The translations under genes were made by a program, and so were the position numbers. This document shows positions 17,103 to 21,309 of a stretch of 21,309 nucleotides of DNA, in pieces. The DNA is from Bradymonadia bacterium (GTDB lineage: Bacteria; Myxococcota_A; Bradymonadia; UBA7976; UBA1532): assembly GCA_046290225.1 (NCBI GenBank), contig JBKAGE010000018.1, positions 1-21,309 on the forward strand. The letters are read 5' to 3'. The notes beneath the pieces are model-generated. The model saw nothing but the letters and a program-made list of their open reading frames with translations. It made no database searches and was not told the DNA's origin. Position 1 is the stretch's first letter. Every line of letters starts with the position of its first letter.

Positions 17103-17963
17103 ATGCGTTTTTCGATGCCCGCTCTTGCCACCGCCCTCGTCACCTGCGCCACCCTCGCCGGGGCCGCCCACGCTCAATCTGCCCAGGAGATCCGCCAGCA
17201 CCTCGACGTCTCGGCCCTCGAGGCGGTGCAGCCACCCAAGGCGATCCCCAAGGAGATCAAACCCCTCGACCTGTCACCGCAGGCCATCAGCCTGGCCCTC
17301 GGCGAAGGCGAGATGTTCGATCTCGTGGAGATGACCCCCACCTGGATGGAGACGCGCTCACCGAGCTTCACCTACGGCTTCAACCCCCACCGCCAGCTCA
17401 TGATCTTCATGGAGCGCGAAGACGCTGATCGAGCCGGCCACGCGCTGCAGAAGCCCAAGCTCTCGATGTTCCAGGGCGACGCCATGGATCACCTCTCGCT
17501 CCTGGGCGTCACCGAGGCCGAGGTGCTCTCCGCGGAGCCCCGGCGTCTCATGTCGGCTTCACGGTCCATGGATGAGCCCACCAAAGAGGCCCAGATCGAG
17601 GTGCACGCCTACAAGACCTTTGTAGATCGAGGCATCGGTGGGGTGCCGGTGCTGGAGCATCGCCTGGTGGTCACCCACGGCACCGACGGCCGCCTGCGCA
17701 AGGTCATGGGCCGCTGGGGCCGCCTCGCCGAAGAGGGGCACCGCCTGAGCACCACCATGAGCACCGAGGAGATCGCCCGCTTCGTGGCCCGACGCATCGC
17801 CACCGGTGAGCCCAACTTCCAGGGCAAGATCCCGCTGGAGTTCGTCTATGTACCCGTGAGCGACGGCAAGGGGGCGGTGCAGCTGCAGCTGAAGGTGCAG
17901 GCCACCTACGACGATCCCAACGATGGGAAGTTCCGCGCTGATCTGTTCGAGCTGCCTCGCTGA
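17103..17963 (+). CDS. Secreted hypothetical protein with FTP/PepSY-like propeptide motif
   Basis: AGGAGA RBS before ATG 17103 and a signal peptide ending AHA. YKTFVDRGIGGVPVLEHRLVVTHGTDGRLRKVMGRW followed by MSTEEIARFV resembles FTP/PepSY propeptide segments. Confidence 0.7.
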   Translation: MRFSMPALATALVTCATLAGAAHAQSAQEIRQHLDVSALEAVQPPKAIPKEIKPLDLSPQAISLALGEGEMFDLVEMTPTWMETRSPSFTYGFNPHRQLMIFMEREDADRAGHALQKPKLSMFQGDAMDHLSLLGVTEAEVLSAEPRRLMSASRSMDEPTKEAQIEVHAYKTFVDRGIGGVPVLEHRLVVTHGTDGRLRKVMGRWGRLAEEGHRLSTTMSTEEIARFVARRIATGEPNFQGKIPLEFVYVPVSDGKGAVQLQLKVQATYDDPNDGKFRADLFELPR

Positions 17964-18080
17964 GCTCCAACCTTCGAGAAAACGCCAAGAAGCGGCCACT
18001 CTCGACACCCACCTGACGCCCGGGTCAATTGAGACCCCTGCTCATCCCCACCCCCCTCATCATCCGTATCGGATCAGTAA

Positions 18081-18239
18081 GAGGTCCTAACACAACGGCG
18101 GACCGAGCCTGGGTTGTGAGGCGCGAGTGAGGGGGCAGAAACACCCGCAGGCGGGCCCGATGGCCCGTCGAGGACGGTTTTTGCCCCCTCGCGAAGTGCA
18201 TCGCAGCACTGGCGACGGGAGCTGTTTTGTTAGGACCTC
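18081..18239 (+). mobile_element. 159-bp MITE (non-autonomous element), hairpin element copy 2
   Basis: Terminal inverted repeats GAGGTCCTAACAcAACgGC (18081-18099) and 18221-18239, 17/19 match with the first 12 perfect. TAA direct repeats at 18078-18080 and 18240-18242. The interior folds into a hairpin. No transposase. Confidence 0.85.
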
Positions 18240-18314
18240 TAAGACCACGAAAGACGACCACTGTGGAACAGCGCTCGTCACAGTTGTGGTTGCACCCATT
18301 CGGAGGTGAGCTGC

Positions 18315-18431
18315 ATGACCTGGCTCGGCGTCATATTTGTCCTGTGCACCCCCATCCTGCTGGCCCTGATCCAGGGCAGCACGGTGCTGCGGATGCAAGA
18401 GGACGATCAGGGAGCTGGCGAGCAATCGTGA
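18315..18431 (+). CDS. Small 38-aa single-pass membrane peptide (not in the ORF track)
   Basis: GGAGGT at 18302-18307 sits 7 nt before the ATG. Translation MTWLGVIFVLCTPILLALIQGSTVLRMQEDDQGAGEQS*. Mostly G/C third positions. It fills the gap before the convergent gene ending at 18457. Confidence 0.6.
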   Translation: MTWLGVIFVLCTPILLALIQGSTVLRMQEDDQGAGEQS

Positions 18432-18456
18432 GTCTGCCGCTCTTCAGAGCGCTGGC

Positions 18457-20076
18457 TCAGAGATCCTTCCGCTTCCAGAGCTTGAAGCTGCGCAGTCGCA
18501 GCTTGCGCTGCTGCACATATTCGTCTTTCAGCAGTGCCCGGAACGCCTTCCACCCCGAGTAATCCTCGTTGTTCGACGTCACGATGAAGGCCGGCCGCGC
18601 CGCAGCCAGCTCGTCAACGATCTCCTGGTGGGGGCCCACAGCGACGAATTTGGTCTTCTGAGTAGACCGCCGCCATGTGTTGGTCAGGCCGTTGGTCACC
18701 ACCCCGAGCACCTTGTAGTACCGCGTCGGCGACATGCGATCGGCGTGGTAGTACACCGGCCACGCCCACCGCCCCCACACCCAGATGGTGTCGTCGGCTT
18801 TGGTCTCTTTCTTGATGACCCGGGCGACGCGCTGAGCCTCGCCGTCTCGAGGCCGGGTACGCCACTTTCTGATCTTGCCCAGCTCTTCGATGTCGCCCAT
18901 GCCCGCAGGGATCAACGCCACGAGCATGACCAGGGCCAGGGCCCCCTGACCCAACTTGAAGCCACGGCTGCCTCGCCAGAGCTCAGGGCGCATCCACCGC
19001 ACGAGGGCGCCCTCGGGGTGGGCTGCAATCCACACAGCGGCGGGCAGCAACTGCAGGTAGTAGCTCTTGAAGAACCGAAACCCCAGAGCGATGCCCACAA
19101 AGCTCATCCAGAAGTGTGCGGTGAGCAGCACGCCCCGGAAGGTCCATGGGGTACCCTCGGTGCTCCCGGATCGCGCGCCGACGAGGGTGGTGAGCGCCAG
19201 GGCCGACGGCAGGGCGAGGTACTCCCACAGCCCGAGGAACCCATCGCCGAGCCGGCTGATCTTGCCGCTGAAGTCGGTGGATCCGCCGACGTACTGCCAC
19301 CCGGCGCTGGAGAAGAAGTAGTGGCCCACGAAGTCGCCGAGTCCGCCCCACACAGCGTAGACGAGCATGAGGCTGCCGAAGCCCGCGGCGAGGCCACCGA
19401 CGAGGGCGCCGCCATGCTGCAGGCGCCGCCGAGTGCTGGTGTCGATCTGGGGCCACTGTTCGGGCCGGGCGAGCAGGTGCTGGATGATCAACAACCCTGC
19501 AAAGACGGGGAAGATCACCGCGGCCTGTCGCTTCATAAGCCCCGCGAGGGCGAGGGTGACCCCGGCGGCGAAGGTCCAGCGTCGTTTGCCGCTCCGCTGC
19601 CCAGCGATGAAAAAAACTGTGGACCAGATATAGGGGGTGATGAGCCACGCCCCATAGTTGATGTCGATGCTGTCGGTGACGGGCGACAACACAGCGTAGA
19701 GCACCCCGGCGACGATGGCCTCGCGCCGACGGTTGTACAGCAACCGCCCACCGACGTAGACGCCGATGGCGGCGAGCATGGACCAGAAGCAGGCAAGACC
19801 CACAAGGGTGCTCAAAGATCGCCCGAACATGGCCCAGCCGAGGTAACTCAGGAAGAAGCTGCCAGGGGCCTTGTACTCAAGGTTGTCCACGAGGGGCCGT
19901 AAACCCCGGCGGATGAGATCGGCGTTGTAGGCGATGCCCGCAGCGTCTTCGTTGTGGAACCCTTCGGTGCCCAGGGAGGGCCACCGCAGCCAAAGGGTGA
20001 GACCGGCGAGGCCAAGCACGACGGCAACGTCGAGCAGCCAGAGGGGCAGACGGGACTTGGTGTCAGGTGTGCTCAT
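18457..20076 (-). CDS. GT-C fold membrane glycosyltransferase (ArnT/PMT-like)
   Basis: The first TM is followed by an acidic loop HNEDAAGIAY and DNLEYKAPG. Many TM segments, LMKRQ and YYLQLLP. The C-terminal soluble domain has TIWVWG...VYYHADRMSPTRY. Start taken at ATG 20076. Confidence 0.85.
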   Translation of the reverse strand: MSTPDTKSRLPLWLLDVAVVLGLAGLTLWLRWPSLGTEGFHNEDAAGIAYNADLIRRGLRPLVDNLEYKAPGSFFLSYLGWAMFGRSLSTLVGLACFWSMLAAIGVYVGGRLLYNRRREAIVAGVLYAVLSPVTDSIDINYGAWLITPYIWSTVFFIAGQRSGKRRWTFAAGVTLALAGLMKRQAAVIFPVFAGLLIIQHLLARPEQWPQIDTSTRRRLQHGGALVGGLAAGFGSLMLVYAVWGGLGDFVGHYFFSSAGWQYVGGSTDFSGKISRLGDGFLGLWEYLALPSALALTTLVGARSGSTEGTPWTFRGVLLTAHFWMSFVGIALGFRFFKSYYLQLLPAAVWIAAHPEGALVRWMRPELWRGSRGFKLGQGALALVMLVALIPAGMGDIEELGKIRKWRTRPRDGEAQRVARVIKKETKADDTIWVWGRWAWPVYYHADRMSPTRYYKVLGVVTNGLTNTWRRSTQKTKFVAVGPHQEIVDELAAARPAFIVTSNNEDYSGWKAFRALLKDEYVQQRKLRLRSFKLWKRKDL

Positions 20077-20171
20077 CGGCGCGGGAAGGTAGCACAGAAG
20101 ACAGCACAGGTGCGCGCCTGGACGGTTCACTTCGGGTAGACTCCCGCCGTTCGTAGCTCGAGGACGCCACC

Positions 20172-21134
20172 ATCAAACTCACCCCCCGCACCCGCACGCC
20201 CGCCGCAGTGCTCGTCTCTGCCCTCTTGCTGTGGGCCATCTCCCGGCTGTTCGATCTCGACTTCCTCACCCACACGCTGGCCGAGGCAGATCTACAGCCG
20301 CTGTTGATCGCCTTCCCTTTCTCTCTGCTGGTCATGCTCATTCGCGGGGTGCGTTTTCGCGCCGCAGCACCAGTGGCACCATTGCGGGTGCTGATCCCGG
20401 TGATGGGCCTCAAGAACGGCCTCGCCCGCATCACGCCATTTCGAGCGGGGGAGCTCTACACACTCTACCTGCTCAAACGACACGCTGACGTGGCGGCGCC
20501 AAAAACGCTGGTGCTGATCATCTGGCTCAAGCTCGTCGATCTGGCGGTCATCGTGTCGATCTTCACGCTCGGTGTCATGGGCCGGTGGGCCTCGGGCTTC
20601 GACGACGAAACATTACTATGGTGGGCGCTGGCGGCCCTCGGCGGCCTGCTGGCCCTGGTCTACGGCTTCGCTTTCTGGCTCAGGCTGGCGCTGAAACCTC
20701 TGCGGGCCCTCGGGGGCAGCTCGGGCTTCGTGGGCAAGGTGCTCGGCAAACTCGACGCCCTGGCGGTGGAGATGGCCGAGGTCGGTCCGGGCCGCACGAC
20801 CACTGTGTTGCTGTGCACGGTCGTGTTGTGGAGCTGCCAGCTCGTGATCGTCACGCTGATTTTGCGGGCTTTCGGCATCGACCTGCCCGTTCAAGGCGTG
20901 GCGCTGGGCTTTGGGGCAACGCAGGCGGCGCTCATTCTGCCGCTGCCCTCGGTGGCGAGCGTGGGCCCGCTGGAGGCGGGCTGGGTGGCGGGGTTCACTG
21001 CGGTGGGGGTGCCGAAGGATCTGGCTGCAGTGACCGGGCTGGCGGCGAACGGGATCCTGTTGGCGTATGCGTTGCTCATCGCTGCGGGGTGCTGGTTGTG
21101 GTTGTGGCGATTCAGCACGCATCAAACTCGGTGA
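20172..21134 (+). CDS. Lysylphosphatidylglycerol synthase TM-domain (UPF0104/flippase-like) membrane protein
   Basis: IRGVRF, N...ITPFRAGE, KLVDL and LPSVASVGPLEAG; about 8 TM segments. The start is ATC 20172 (after GAGGA) or GTG 20208. Confidence 0.85.
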   Translation: MKLTPRTRTPAAVLVSALLLWAISRLFDLDFLTHTLAEADLQPLLIAFPFSLLVMLIRGVRFRAAAPVAPLRVLIPVMGLKNGLARITPFRAGELYTLYLLKRHADVAAPKTLVLIIWLKLVDLAVIVSIFTLGVMGRWASGFDDETLLWWALAALGGLLALVYGFAFWLRLALKPLRALGGSSGFVGKVLGKLDALAVEMAEVGPGRTTTVLLCTVVLWSCQLVIVTLILRAFGIDLPVQGVALGFGATQAALILPLPSVASVGPLEAGWVAGFTAVGVPKDLAAVTGLAANGILLAYALLIAAGCWLWLWRFSTHQTR

Positions 21135-21236
21135 GTCCGTCGATGCTGCATTCAACGGACAATCAAAGCACGAGGTGTGCGGCACACGGTCCGTCCTAGG
21201 CACATTCAAGGGCATGCTCATCACCAAGGAGACGGC

Positions 21237-21309
21237 ATGCCCAGCACCTTCCACGAGATGCTCGTCGAGCTCTTCACTGAAAACCCCCGCCTCGCCACCC
21301 AACTCTGGC
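21237..21309 (+). CDS. Partial CDS (5' end), resembling Rpn-like/PD-(D/E)XK hypothetical proteins
   Basis: AAGGAG at 21226-21231, then MPSTFHEMLVELFTENPRLATQLW running off the window. The HExLVELFxxxPxLA pattern is recalled from Rpn-like paralog families; only 24 codons are visible. Confidence 0.55.
   Translation, partial: MPSTFHEMLVELFTENPRLATQLW

Noticed and set aside
1760..18242. Hairpin elements as integron attC sites, CRISPR repeats or a known ribozyme
   Set aside because: No matching RYYYAAC/GTTRRRY box pair in copy 1, no integrase or cas genes, no regular spacing, and no hammerhead CUGANGA/GAAA core recognised by eye.
18364..18411. CCCTGATC...GATCAGGG inverted repeat containing GAGGACG
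   Set aside because: It lacks the ACCCGCAGGCG half of the core and lies within the 38-aa ORF; not counted as another element copy or a terminator.
21135..21160. GTCCGT...ACGGAC imperfect hairpin after the UPF0104 gene stop
   Set aside because: No U-tract and an irregular stem; too weak to call a terminator.

Overview
High-GC bacterial chromosomal window, most likely Myxococcota/deltaproteobacterial (inferred from gene content: PilZ-receiver protein, GYF_2 protein, lipoprotein with a CDxxDNDCDGxxD motif, split nuo cluster). From left to right: an internally deleted class-V aminotransferase pseudogene and an orphan lipoprotein; a partial complex I operon nuoE-F-J-K-L-M-N (minus strand, no nuoG/H/I); a divergent PilZ + atypical receiver gene; a surface-glycosylation neighbourhood (SAM methyltransferase, large lipoprotein, GT2, GT-C/ArnT-like transferase, LPG-synthase-type membrane protein) interrupted by a GYF_2 gene, a secreted DUF6345-like His/Cys protein with a propeptide-like partner, a 159-bp MITE and an unannotated 38-aa membrane peptide; and the 5' end of an Rpn-like gene. 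The most striking non-coding signal is a family of long hairpins (1760-1914, 18081-18239, decayed copy about 83-173). The two intact copies share an invariant core (C-ACCCGCA-GGCG...CGTC-GAGGACG-G) inside stems of different sequence, with G-T pairs on one strand only. All family assignments are by eye from motifs; no database searches were run.
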